A stretch of 62,807 bases of DNA, the filler included, from Sluysia triapertura (lineage: Eukaryota): the NCBI GenBank assembly GCA_046118255.1. It is 5 parts of 5 records of this genome, joined end to end, with 100 filler letters (N's around TTAATTAATTAA, not from the genome) between each part and the next. Parts side by side here need not be neighbours in the genome. Positions count along the whole stretch, not along the records: positions 1 to 12,572 come from JBJNIA010097662.1; positions 12,673 to 28,061 come from JBJNIA010229678.1; 3 more parts are not named here. One strand, written 5' to 3'. Shown here piece by piece: positions 1 through 12,743 of this stretch. Under the pieces are notes generated by a model. It saw nothing but the letters and a program-made list of their open reading frames with translations. It had not been told where the DNA came from and did no database searches. Numbering within the stretch: the first letter of the stretch is position 1; each line of letters opens with the position of its first letter. The position numbers were made by a program, and so were the translations under genes.

Positions 1-1301
1 GTGCCACTTTATGAGAATGTTTATTTTACTTTCTTAGACAGTTTTAAATATTATATCCTGGTAGCGAACGAGTTAATTTTATTTAATATAAATTAATAAA
101 TTAATATTAAAGAAATGCAAGTTTATTTTTAATTGTTATTTCATTATTATTATTAATTTTATATATTATTTATAATTTTAGAATGAACACAGGATGCTGT
201 CCTTAAGGATGCATGTCACACTTAGTCAGAAAATAATTATTTTTTAAATCATTTTTTTATAAATCTTCATTAAGTGAAGCCTCTTCATTTATGACAGGAT
301 TGTTCTTTTAAGTAAAAAAATACAAAAGTATCATTAAATTTATTTTATTTATTCACAGTGTGATTAATTTTTTGTAAAATCAGAATTATAATAATAAACA
401 TCACATGATCACATGATCTCATATTTGGTAATGTTACTACATATATGAGTCATTTGCATAAATCAATAAAGCGAAAATAGTATCTCTATGCCACGTTGAG
501 GTAATGAGCCATTCAAACAAGTTATTCATATGTAGCATTAAAATTGAATTATTTTAATTTTATCTTCTCTGTTATTAAAGGCACTTAAAATAAATTCATT
601 GTATGTAGGAAAATTTTACAATACAATTTTGTACTAACTTTAAATGATCAAACATTGAAATTCAAATCCGAAAGTTGGTATGTTCAAACTGAATTTTGCA
701 AATTATTCTACTTTAAATGTAATCTTATTTATTAAAATAGTGTCTTTTGAATATAGTTTAGTAGTACGCACACAAATATTAATTTTTACTGACTATAATG
801 TTCACATCGTTTGCGTTTAATATTTTTTGTTTTATAAAATAAATTAAAATTTATTTATTAACTATTCTTGATTAGAATTACGAACTACTTAAATAGTTCA
901 AACATAATAATTATACAAAATTTACAGGTTTAATGATGTTTTTAATTTTAACGATGTGCATTAAATTTTTTAAATTTAATATATTTTTAAAATAAAATCT
1001 GGAACAAATATAATAGTTATGCATCGACATATTTATATTTATATTACAGCATTGCAAGATGTTAATATTTAATATTTAATATTTTAAAAATTGTAGTATT
1101 TTGTTTTAAATTATTATTATAAGTTTAAATAAATATATATCCTTCAAAATATAATTGCGATTTTTAATTTTAATTTTCAAATTACAAAATTCATCTTGTG
1201 AAAAAATAAAATTTTCTTTCGCCTATCACTTTTATTTCGCGATAATATTGATTTTATATTTTTGTTAGTGCTTTAATTGAACATGGTTATTATCGAATAA
1301 T

Positions 1302-2333
1302 ATGAATTCTAATATTGAAAATAAAAAGAATCATGAATTGCCAAGCATAAAATATAAACTCGAAAGAGTTTCTAAATCATCTAAAAATTCCAAGCTTACA
1401 GTTGATGATTATATTAATAATATTTTAGGTTCTGGATTAGATGTTCCAAAAAAGACTAAATTTAAAGTATCACAAAGTGCTCAAAATGTGCATTATAGTA
1501 AGTGTCTTACAACGTTGAATTTTTTGTTTTAGATACTTACGGTAAAATAAATGGTAATTCTCATTTGAATAATTCGGTCAATAATATAAATAGTGAATCA
1601 GTTTATGTAAATTAATTTAGTTTTTAATGTGATTAAACTAACAGGTAACTGGAGTTCATAAAGATTTCTTTTCAAGTCTTCCTTTAGATTATCAAAGTTT
1701 AATAGAAAAGGTTCAAATGTAAGTATATTTCAATTTTTATGCATTCATATTAACAGATCTCCATATAACTTAAATACCACCAAAGTGTACGAGATATTTA
1801 AATCAAGTGGTCTTAAAAATGAAATTTTAGGACATATTTGGAGTTCCGTTAATCGAACTTATCCAGGTCAATTAACTAGCTTGGAATTTTCAGTTGGTTT
1901 AGCTATGATAGCAATTTATCAAAACAAAGCTTCTGCTTTATATGGGACTTTTAGAGATTCCATAAACGTTGATTTATTACCTAATTGGAATAATATTATG
2001 TCAACTGGTGATTTTAAGGTTCCAATACTCGACAAAACCTTATTTTCCGAACCAGAAGTAAAGCTTACAAACGTTAAAAAGACGTTAGAAGAAATGGCTA
2101 CTGAACAATTTAATGAAGTTTGTTGCAGTCTGGCAAATTCGAAATTAAATGATAAAAATAGTATTTGCGATGAAGATTGGGCCGATTTCTCTTCATTTAC
2201 TAATTTATTTCCAGTTTGTTTTAAATTTATTTTTATTGATTTTATTCAGGAAAACAAAAATGAAAGTTGTCGTAAAGGAGATGATTTACTTTCCAGAAGC
2301 AATGATGCAATACATAAGTTAGTTGTAATACAT

Positions 2334-2339
<6 letters not shown>
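1302..2339 (+). CDS. SYNRG: Synergin gamma-like (AP-1 gamma-adaptin-binding EH-domain protein), probably 3'-incomplete
   Basis: Introns 1498-1532 (35 nt), 1607-1644 (38), 1719-1756 (38) and probably 2214-2249 (36) splice into one frame. The EH-like segment TTKVYEIFKSSGLKNEILGHIWSSVNRTYPGQLTSLEFSVGLAMIAIYQ matches the synergin-gamma EH domain, and DEDWADF is an acidic WxxF gamma-ear-binding motif. The frame ends at the (TAG)n repeat, and no C-terminal domain was found. Confidence 0.8.
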
Positions 2340-2407
<68 letters not shown>

Positions 2408-2455
2408 ATAGTAATAGTAATAGTAATAGTAATAGCAATAGTAATTACGTAATAG
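2337..2455. repeat. (TAG)n microsatellite followed by (TAATAG)n
   Basis: About 23 TAG units at 2337-2405, then TAGTAA units, directly visible. Confidence 0.95.
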
Positions 2456-2486
2456 TAATTTTTATGTAATTAACCGAATTTTCTTA

Positions 2487-3068
2487 TCATAAATAACATT
2501 TACATTCAACAAATTTGGTTGTATTTTTCTTTTTTGAATAATAATGAATTTTGAAATTTGACGGTGTAGCATATTCGTCATAATCCAATCGAAAAAACGG
2601 TACATCAGCATTTGGATATTTCGACAATGCAACCGTATGAACAAAATCAATATTGCGTATAAATTCGTGAAATGAACGTCCTAGTAAACGAATTAATGAA
2701 TAATTACCAGTTGTTTGTAATTTGTCAATATAACTTTCACTTAATAGTGTTAATAACTGTTCATATTTTACACCTAAATAAACTATTAAACTCTGAATCG
2801 ATAAAATTACCGCATGATGTAGCAGAAATTGTTAATATAATTTCAAAATTTACTTCATTATAATTCTCAGTATCATTTATAATATCTTTAATCCCGGCTT
2901 TCATTCTAAATCGAAAAAACATCATCTGCTTATTATATTTTGTTTCTTACTTTATACTTTCCCAAACTTTAGATCCAAATCTTTTAATAATACATTCTTC
3001 AACAATTAATAACAAATAACCATACTAAAACAAGATTGAATTATAAGTTTTTTTACAAATCTAACCAT
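2487..3068 (-). CDS. H-NOX (haem NO/O2-binding) domain protein, soluble guanylate cyclase beta-type N-terminus
   Basis: Exons 3068-3066 (ATG only), 3024-2951, 2905-2811 and 2773-2504 (or to TGA at 2487), with introns of 41, 45 and 37 nt. Translation: MYGYLLLIVEECIIKRFGSKVWESIKMKAG...LLGRSFHEFIRNIDFVHTVALSKYPNADVPFFR...HYYSKKKNTTKFVE. The MYG start, proximal His, PxFR motif and YxSx(R/K) motif are all present. Confidence 0.9.
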
Positions 3069-5130
3069 TTTGAAAAATAATTTTTAAACTAATTAATTCA
3101 ATTGTTTGAATTAGTTAACGTTATGTAGTTAAGTTAAATTATTTCAATAAAAATTTTAGGTTCATAATAATTATAAAACCATTTTGTATGTATGGTCATA
3201 AAATATTCTATGTACAATGTATTACTTTTAAAATTTATCAAAATATACTTTAATAAGAATTACACTATATATACGTTAATTAAACAATTTTATGCTAATT
3301 CATAAAAATGATAAATGTATCTAATCAACTTAACAAATAAAATGTTGTTAAATTGAATTTCCTGGCTACAATACTCAATATTTGTTATGTTTACTTAATT
3401 AATATTGAAAGATTCAGACTTTTGCTTTATAAATCTGTGGCATTTATGGGCGCTTGTTTCTAGTACATATTATAATCGTTTATGCACTTGGGAAAATTTA
3501 CGAATGATGTGATAGTATTTGTGATTTTAGATTAATTTTCAATTATCTTTGGTAAAAAATGCCAAATCATGTATTAATGAGAACCGAAATTAATGGATTT
3601 TTATTACCTGAAATTAATATATTTTTAGTGAAATATGCGAGCTAGTATTATGTTATTTAATGACAAATTATGTACAGTTATAACGAAATTTTAATATTTT
3701 AGAAATTAATTTTAATTCGTAGGTAAAATTAACTTTATAAATAGATAAAATATCTTTTTATAATATCGGAGTTATAAAATAATTTATGTTGATTTTCGTT
3801 TAAAAATACAGAATTTTGTGAATCGGGCAAGGTTTTTATATTAAAGCACTTGATTAGACGATCTTTCGTGGCTAAAAAACTTTCTCAAGAGGCGAAAAAT
3901 TGTTTTATTCTGTGCGTCACTACTTAGGTTTATTTCAGTGACTTTGTCGGTCACTTCATTGAATAAATGATAATAGATATGAAACCTAATGTATAAAATG
4001 TTTGATAAACACCTTTCAGTTCAAGAATGAAATATAATATTTTATTTTTACTTAAATTACGGAATGAAATATTTGGCGATATAAATTCAGAATTTTATCT
4101 ATAATTAAGCTCAAAATGATTTTAAATGAATTATTTTTAAATAAAATAAGTTATGGAAATTTATTGTGTTTTATGTATTAGCTTACATTGATATTATTAA
4201 AGTGATAGTTATTGTCCAGTGTCTAAACAAAACTAAAAATTAAAATAGTGTACGAATTCCTAGAACTCCTTAGCTTATGAAATCACAAAATAATTAAATA
4301 AAAATATTTACGTACTAGCTTACTTTTGCTATTATTCACAAATGATTATGTAAGTGTAATAACTTTAATGTATATTTTAATGTAAAATTCTCTTTGCTTC
4401 TTCTAAGTCTTTAAAGTTTTATTTATTTTGCTTTACTGTATTAAACTTTGGTCAAATTTAAATATGCATGAATACTGTTTAATACTTTGTAAATTTTGTA
4501 CCTACTAAAAAAACTTATTTTTTACTATTAATTTAAATCCCTTTATGAATTTTTATAATGTTCTGAATTTCTCTATCAATGTTATCACTTTATATTAAAC
4601 TTAACTGAATGAGTTAATATATTCGTCCTTGTTGTTCAGGATAGAAGTGATTAATAATTGACTAATCGATAATTATGTGACTACACTTTAATTAAATTTT
4701 ATTCGTAAATGTTTGATTCAAACTTAATGATTATATTATAATTATTGAATCTAAAATTCACTACTGTACCCTACACTTTCAACCATTATTTAGCTTACAA
4801 ATTATAATAAAAAAATTAATTATAACAAATATTTATTAAATAAATTATAGGTAAAACAATTATTATTAGAAAATTTATTCTCTTTATAAATAAAGAAAAT
4901 AATTCTCACTTTGTAACTTAATTATAGAAGTATTCGATAAACGATTTCTGAATCCCGAATTTGATTGTATGAGTTTCTGGATAAATGATTTCTGAATCTC
5001 GGAATTGATTATAAGTTTCTTTCTACGTTTCGATAAATTTCTCTAAATTTATTTTTTAGTGTGGGTTCAGATACGAAGTAATCCCTTTTATAGTATTCTT
5101 TTTAATTATTTCCAATATTAAATAAAATTG

Positions 5131-5315
5131 ACTATTAATTATAGTTGAAATTTCCTAATATTTCCAATAAATATACTATTAATTAGAGTTATTTCTAATA
5201 CCAATATTTCCAATAATGTACTATTAATTAGAATTATTCTAATACCAATATTTCCAATAATGTACTATTAATTAGAATTATTCTAATACAAATATTTCCA
5301 TTAATATGCTATTAG
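5131..5315. repeat. ~44-bp tandem minisatellite, about 4 copies
   Basis: Unit ctattaattagaattattctaataccaatatttccaataatgta recurs, e.g. at 5221 and 5265. A separate two-copy ~44-bp repeat lies at ~4936-5020. Confidence 0.85.
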
Positions 5316-7269
5316 ACATATTATATAATACAAAATTATTAATATAATATATAAGTAATATTTCCAATACAAAAATACTTCAAATAAAATTTCATAATAA
5401 TATTTTCATTAATATAAATATTAATAATTAATTATCCTGTTTAAAATAAAATTATAATGTAAGAATTATTTTCTTTTTAGTCGAAAATTGTTATAAATTT
5501 TTAATTTCATACTGGTTCTGTTTAATTTCAATTTGGTACGATTTTATTCGATTAAAATGCTCTTAAATTTTGATTACATACAATTAATTCAATATATTCT
5601 AAATCATGTTTTTAAAATACTTTTAATCGAATTTTATGTTCTTAAAATTTAATTTCATATCACTATTGTTAATTCTTAATTTAAAATGATTTATTGACTA
5701 TTATAAAAAGGTTTAACGTTTATATATTTTGATTTCATATTATCCTTATAGAATCTCACTTTAAAATAATTACTCCTATATTTTTTCTTTAAATTTAAAT
5801 GTTATCTCTTGTTAAATTTTGAATTTATAATAACTGTATGTAATCTCATTTTAAATTAATGCTAAGCATTATAATCTTAATTATTCCTAAACGATGTTTC
5901 ATTAAAATAAGTTTATTTTATTAAAAATGATAAACTAGATAAATTACTATCAAAATGACTATTATGTTATGTTTTTAAAATAAAAAGTGAATATTATGTT
6001 GCGTTTATTGTTTACATAACTTTAAATATAAATTGTTGCAAAAGCGAGAAATCTCATGGTTTAATTAAAGCCGAGTTCCATCTTCAGAGTTCCATTATTC
6101 TTTCAGAATTAAAATATATTAAGGTCGATTTCTTAGTGCAAATACCTCTAGGAGTGCCTTCCAGTAGGATATAAGGCAAATCCATTATTACATTCAATGT
6201 TACAGAATTATAAGAATGTTTGATAATTTTGGTCTTCAAAAGCTGAAGTTATTTCTAAAACTATGGCTGATTATATATGTTTTCTTTGAAATAGATCTAA
6301 GTTTGATCTTGATTATATGGAAAAGTCAATTCATTAATTGTTTTATTTTCCTTCATAACAGCCAAAATTACCAACATATCATTAATTTAGAAAATGCTAT
6401 TTCAAAGAATTATTCACCACTGTTTTAAACGGTTCAAGTGCCTTTTACAATTAATAAATCGAATTTTTTATAAGAGTAGTAGTAGTATATATCAAAAATT
6501 TGTCCTTGAGTTACCGTTTCTGTTGGACTAAATAAACTAAAGTCTATGGACATCTAAAAATTGAGAGAACTGATCAATAATAATTTTTATTTATCATTAC
6601 GTAAAATAAATTATTTTTTCTTCTTTTGTTGTTACAAACGCATCAAAAAAGATGAACCACGTTGTATAATGAACTAGGGGAGAAATCCTGCCAAGACACT
6701 CAGTACTTGGATTGCATCTTTAAATAAGCCTTTGTCCTCAGCTTGACCAATATGACCAGACTCGAACCAACAAAACTACTTTTCTAACTTTCAAATTGTA
6801 AGTTAACGTAACGAGCGTAAATAGAGTAAACAGAACATGAACTTTTTAAAATTCAGATAGAGTTTGATGAATAATATTAGTAAAACTGATTGAAAATACA
6901 ACTAGTGACTCTATCTGCGGTGTGCATCTGTATTATAAACATTGCTAATTATTACATATGTAATATATAACTATATACTTGAAATATTCAATAATTGCAA
7001 TGTCCTTATTACCATGGAACGGTTGATAACGTACAAATTACACTAAATCATTATAATATTTACTTGAAAACAGAGATTTTGTTTTCGAAATTCTTGGAAA
7101 TTAATTGTTCTATTTGTTTGAAACCTTGTGGAGGGCTTTTCTTCAACATTTCATCTGAACCAACTACAAATTCTTATAATTAATATGATTTACAATAACA
7201 AAGGTACATTTATTAAATAAAATAGACACATTAAATATGTTAAATATAATATGATAATGTTTTGTTTAT

Positions 7270-7270
7270 G

Positions 7271-7326
<56 letters not shown>
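7270..7326. repeat. (TAA)n microsatellite; similar arrays at ~9467-9515, 12673-12743, 15090-15158, 20975-21070, 28195-28246, 37633-37690, 39755-39825
   Basis: Directly visible. These arrays produce the poly-Ile and poly-Tyr ORFs in the track. Confidence 0.95.
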
Positions 7327-7337
7327 TACACTTAAAA

Positions 7338-9460
7338 TCATTGTGTTGGCAACACAATTGGATTTCGCATACAAACAAAATAAGCATTCTTCTTGTTACA
7401 TTTCCTATTTCTCCATCGACCCAAATTTGTTACTAAAACACAATTTCTTTGTTCGTATTGTTCATTTGTTTTAAATCGCTTTTGTTTTATTTTTCTAGAT
7501 TTTCTACCTTTTCGTTGGAATTTGGATTTAGTGATTTGTCGATTTCGATTTTTAGTTTGATTTTCATGTGGAAATCCGTAATCCCAAGCTGAATAAAACA
7601 AGGCTTGATTGTTGACATATTTCCATTGATAGCGATATTGTTCATTATCAGGATCGCGATACAAACCTAGTTTACGAAGAACAAATCAAATCACTACAAT
7701 ACAATTAAATACTATGTTATTTAAAAATTCAGTAAAAGATAGACAGAATTACAATGAACGAAGCACATAATAAAATCGATTTTGAAATAAATTAAAATTT
7801 ACACTCTTATAGAATTTCTAATCGTTTTTCAAATGGTTCATGGCTCTTTTACGTTCTTAAATTATGCCACTAATTTAAAATCGTCATTAAATAATACTCG
7901 GATACAAGAAAAAATATAAACGACAATATAACAATATCGAGATTCATAGAAAAAGTGTACAATTGTATGATAAATAAGTACGATTTAAAATATTGAACGA
8001 TTTTGAAGGTAACTTAATCTAAATGAAAATATGAACTAAACGTTAAGAGGAGTTTATTGTATAAGTAATTACAAAGTGCAACGAATATCACTAAGAGCTA
8101 TAAATAATATTATAGTAATTGAAAATACTAGGAAATTCTTAACCATTTAACTGCAGTTGTTACGAATATCTGATTTCATTTAAACGCGCAGTATATATAA
8201 ACTCATGTAATTTATTACTATTTGGTCTAATTATTAAGGATAAAATTATAATTGTAAAGAATTATTTGGTACCTAAAATAAGTATTGAGAATATTTCAAA
8301 TTTGAAGAAGTTCAACTTATGGAAGAAGGAAGACACTGTGTTTTATTTTAGAGGCAAAAATATGAGTTATAGAAATATACATCTACATAAGTCAAATTTC
8401 TATTCTGTACAAAAAATAATCATGTTAGAGAAAATATTACATTTTAGGAGTAGTACAATTTCTACCAGAAGGTTAAAATGAAACACTTTGCGCAAAACTC
8501 CAATTGAAATTTTCATTTTATACAAAAATAGACATAGAAGACAGCTTCAAATTGCAAGAAGATCAACTTACAGAAGGATAATTAATTTCGTTCTAAATGC
8601 AAGAAGAACGTGTTTTTAAATTTTATTCTTGCTAAAACATTGTTCTAAAACGAAATAAATAATTTTGAGTATGAGCTGCTTACCTGTCAAATATATATCC
8701 GTAGTCAAAGGGTTAATATTATTCATAAGGATATTCTAAGAATGATTTTGAAGGTTGCTTATTCTACCTGTAAAACTTGATTACGATATTGAGTAAAAAT
8801 TTAGATCAAAGCTGACGATAAATTTTCGTGCACAAACTGATCGATAGAACCCACAAAAATGGAATCACGAAATGACGAATATAGATACAATGATGTACAG
8901 TGACTCTAATTGTTTTAACTTCGAGACTATTGGGTTAATATATATTCGAAAAATGTTCTGTAATTGCTAAAAACCCATAATGAAATATCATGTCTCTTTT
9001 ATTTTATTGGTTGTTTGCTGTTGTGACACTTAATTATTTACGATGATTTTATTAGCATATTTCTGGACACAAAGAGCTTTTTACTGCACTTAAAATTGTA
9101 TTGGTATTCCTAAAATATTTTTTTATCACTTACAAATTTTTATTAAGTTTATTAATGATTTATTCTTATTACTTGTTAAATAGAATATATTATTTTAATT
9201 TTATTTCAAGATCAATTTTTAGAAATAGTAGAAGTATTAACCCCGACATTGCAATTTTCACGTTCCGGTTCTCTGTCGAGGCAGCCCCGACGCTAATTTA
9301 ATATAAATATTGAAACGTTTATGTAATCTGTTATATGTCGAAGATGGTCCGTATTTTTATTTTTATTAGGTGTTTAATTGTGAAGATCTTGCGTTTTAGC
9401 TGGAATTAAATAGGGTCTATAAAGGATTCAATGGAAATAAAGTAGGTAAATTTTGACAGA

Positions 9461-9518
<58 letters not shown>

Positions 9519-12357
9519 TATCATTATTAAGCATTTTAATAACTAATTTTGATGTGTTTTTAAAAAACAATTGATAACCAATCCAAAATGGAACTCGTTT
9601 TCTAAATAATCTTTGAAGCCATTTTAAAGTTGTGTAATCTTCCACTACAGTTAAATATGCAGATTTATTGTTACATATTTGTTTGGCGATGGACCACGTT
9701 GTTTTCTGATTATATTCTCGATAACAGCGGTTTTTGTGTAACTTCCAACCTATTTTTAAATATACAATTGATATGTCATTATTTAAAACCTATTATAAAC
9801 GATGATTGTAAAGTTTTAAAATACAAAGATTTTATAAGCACAGTAACCAATCAAATTAAGGTTTCATTAATACCATTACGAATTCATTACATTTGAGAGT
9901 GTATTGATTAATAATGACGATTTAAAGAAAAAAGGAGTTCGGGAAATCTGATAAATTATTCGGAGTAAATTTGAAGTTTTATTTTATGATATAACTTTGT
10001 TATGGCTTGTAACATTTTATCGTTATATTGCATTTGCTTGGATAGTACAATCAAGGAGATTAGTTGTGGACTCGTTTTACGAGAACTATGTGCTTTCCAG
10101 ATAAATTATTAGAAAGCGGCATTATACATTTGACATATTTTGGTTATATATGAATTTGTTTTAGTATTAGTTACGTATATGTTGAAATATCTTTATATCA
10201 CTAAAATAAATCCCCATTTGTATTAAATAGACCAATGTGAGTGTGTTAAAATAATTTAAAATCTCAAATGAATTAAATTCTAAGCACACGAAAGTGTATT
10301 ATATGATAACAGAACAAATATAAACAACACTTATATATTACTGTCGCTAAACAGCCGGTCATGGATTTTTGCACTCTGTAACAGGATACCCTAAATAATT
10401 ACTAAGAGAATAAGTCATAAATTTACACTGATTTTTCTTTAACGAGTAAAATTTTTAAAATTCGTAAAATATTGTTGGATATTTACGTACAGTTGCAAAA
10501 TAAATATTTGCACGTTTAAGTGTTAATAGCCTTAAACGGTTTACAACTAACAAGAGAGATCGTGAACAGATGTTAAAAATGATATAAGTAGCTATTTTCC
10601 AGCGAATAGTCATTTTTTCGTTGTTTGTACCATACAAATAAAATAAAAATAGCATCAGTAGTTAGCTCGTATAATATCAACATAAAGGCCTCGAATAAAA
10701 AATGCATTTATTCTAGAATATCAGTTAACGAAACCATCAGAAGGGCAGAGTCACGAGTATCAGATCATTCAAGCTAACCAACGAACCGAAAACAAAGAAT
10801 GTCAAGGTCAAGTCCAACATAGTTGAGAAGTAAATGAAACTTTTTACCGTACTATCAGTATGCATTTCGTATTTTATGCACCATTTTGTTATAGTTTTCT
10901 CTTGTATTATAATACATCACATTATCCTTTTGTTTTTTAAGGGTTTGGATCATCCTCAATTATTATATAAAATTAAATTATGGTATTCCGAAAAATTTTA
11001 TAACAGAGAATTATTAAAATTTCGCAAATTAATCGAAATTAATACACTATTGGTCATTCATTTTAATTAGCATTGGGATAGTGGTAAATCCTAGCATTGA
11101 AGTTAAATGCTTTATCAATAGTAAAGTTTAAGGTCAGTACTGAGACCTCATAAACATCATGTACTGTATATTAATTGTGTAACACAAAATCTTAAGCTGC
11201 ACTTATTCTAAATTGAATCATTATAGGTACAAAAGAAGTATATCATTGATACTTTTAACAAAGATACAGTATTAACAAGTTCCATTCCAAATATGCATTC
11301 TTCAATTTCATCAACAAAATACAATTACTCCGGTCTGTGGACCCTTTTCTATCATACATAAATTCTCAGAACAATTACGGCGCAGAAAAATCAAATTTCA
11401 TTGGTAGCTTCATGTACAAAATTCATGTTGCAGAATATATGTTATGGAATTAAGTTGTTTAACATAGATTGTATTAGTTTTTATTATTTTTATTCAAATC
11501 CTCCTTTATAGTTCATCATTAAGTAAAATTCAATTTCAAATTTATAATGATATTATTAAAACAAATTTAAATTGATCATGGGAATTGAAATAAATTCGTA
11601 TCAAGTTCGATTAATCGGTATTAAGGTTGTAATAAACCTTGGCCATTCTTACAAATTTCTAAAATAAACTGTAACTGTAAAGACAGAATAAGAACTAACA
11701 AATCTTATCTAGAACATCTTATTAAGACAACTCATAAGCTTTTACCACTGTCAAACAATTTTCGTTCAATCGAAAATAAACTTCACCAGAATGCTATCAA
11801 ATATAAGTTTATGCCATGATTCATAATAATGATATTCTGATTATTAGAATCTCAAATTACATAAAAAAGGCCTTTCGACACTCGATAAAATCCACTCGGA
11901 TCGATTTCAATTCATTCGAAGTAGTAACACCAAATGAATATATAATTACTGTTTCGTGCGGTCCACGGACCCTTTTCTGAATATATTCACACCAATATAA
12001 AATATATTTATAGAAAATTATCACAATAAGTTAACAAAAAACCGGTGCACAGAAAAGAAGTATTTCTTTTCGGATGTTCGAGTATTTGACTTGTTTCTTA
12101 TGAAGATGCTGAGATTACTAGGATATTTTAGTTTATTTTATTTAGATTTATTTTGAATTATAAAATAATTCTTATAATAATAATAATAATAATAATATTA
12201 CTATTATTTAGTGAATAAATAAATAAACCTCGTGGGCATTCATATTGTTGTATTTTCTTTCCATAAATCTGTTTTACATTCAGAAGAGGAAAGTTATAAT
12301 TATTCAAGTAACGAAATGATTTTACTGTATCTTCATCATGAACCATTTCAATATTAN
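7338..12357 (-). CDS. C-type lectin domain protein (5' end runs into the gap)
   Basis: Exons are >=12357-12229 (...QYECPR-G), 9749-9579 (GWKLHKNRCY...TWSIAKQIC...AYLTVVED...FWI-G) and 7666-7338 (GLYR...WKYVN...YSAWDYGFP...CV...GRWRNRKC...YFVC). All junctions are phase 1 with GT-AG, and the CPxGW, WIGL and cysteine pattern of CTLDs is intact. Confidence 0.88.
8139..8716. mobile_element. Non-autonomous piggyBac-like element (MITE)
   Basis: TTAA at both ends, with imperfect TIRs CCATTTAACTGCAG / CCGTAGTCAAAGGG. Confidence 0.6.
9262..9450 (+). mobile_element. Fragment of the piggyBac-like family also present at 41484 and 46130
   Basis: ctgtcgaggcagccccgacgctaattt...gaagatggtccg matches the reverse complement of 46030-46120, and ctggaattaaatagg...ttcaatggaaataaa matches 41628-41670. 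Confidence 0.7.
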
Positions 12358-12572
12358 NNNNNNNNNNNNNNNNNNNNNNNNNNNNNNNNNNNNNNNNNNN
12401 NNNNNNNNNNNNNNNNNNNNNNNNNNNNNNNNNNNNNNNNNNNNNNNNNNNNNNNNNNNNNNNNNNNNNNNNNNNNNNNNNNNNNNNNNNNNNNNNNNNN
12501 NNNNNNNNNNNNNNNNNNNNNNNNNNNNNNNNNNATGATTAAACTAACATCTCTCATAAAACGATTACTTAG

Positions 12573-12672
12573 NNNNNNNNNNNNNNNNNNNNNNNNNNNN
12601 NNNNNNNNNNNNNNNNTTAATTAATTAANNNNNNNNNNNNNNNNNNNNNNNNNNNNNNNNNNNNNNNNNNNN
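12573..12672. other. Artificial contig spacer (N44-TTAATTAATTAA-N44); identical spacers at 28062-28161, 39826-39925, 50724-50823
   Basis: The same 100-nt construct occurs four times and carries stops in all six frames. Confidence 0.97.

Positions 12673-12743
<71 letters not shown>

Noticed and set aside
3405-3960. Possible downstream synergin exons
   Set aside because: Short open stretches exist, but no convincing motif match or consistent splice phase.
7190-7474. Poly-Tyr and poly-Ile ORFs (also 9406-9645 in part, 20939-21239, 12158-12624)
   Set aside because: They are translations of (TAA)n microsatellites or N runs. Only the embedded lectin and AK7 exons are real.
11320-12060. Two diverged ggacccttttct segments
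   Set aside because: Probably very old LINE RT relics (GPxLF-like), too decayed to call.
12617-12628. Recurrent TTAATTAATTAA palindrome
   Set aside because: Artificial linker inside N padding.
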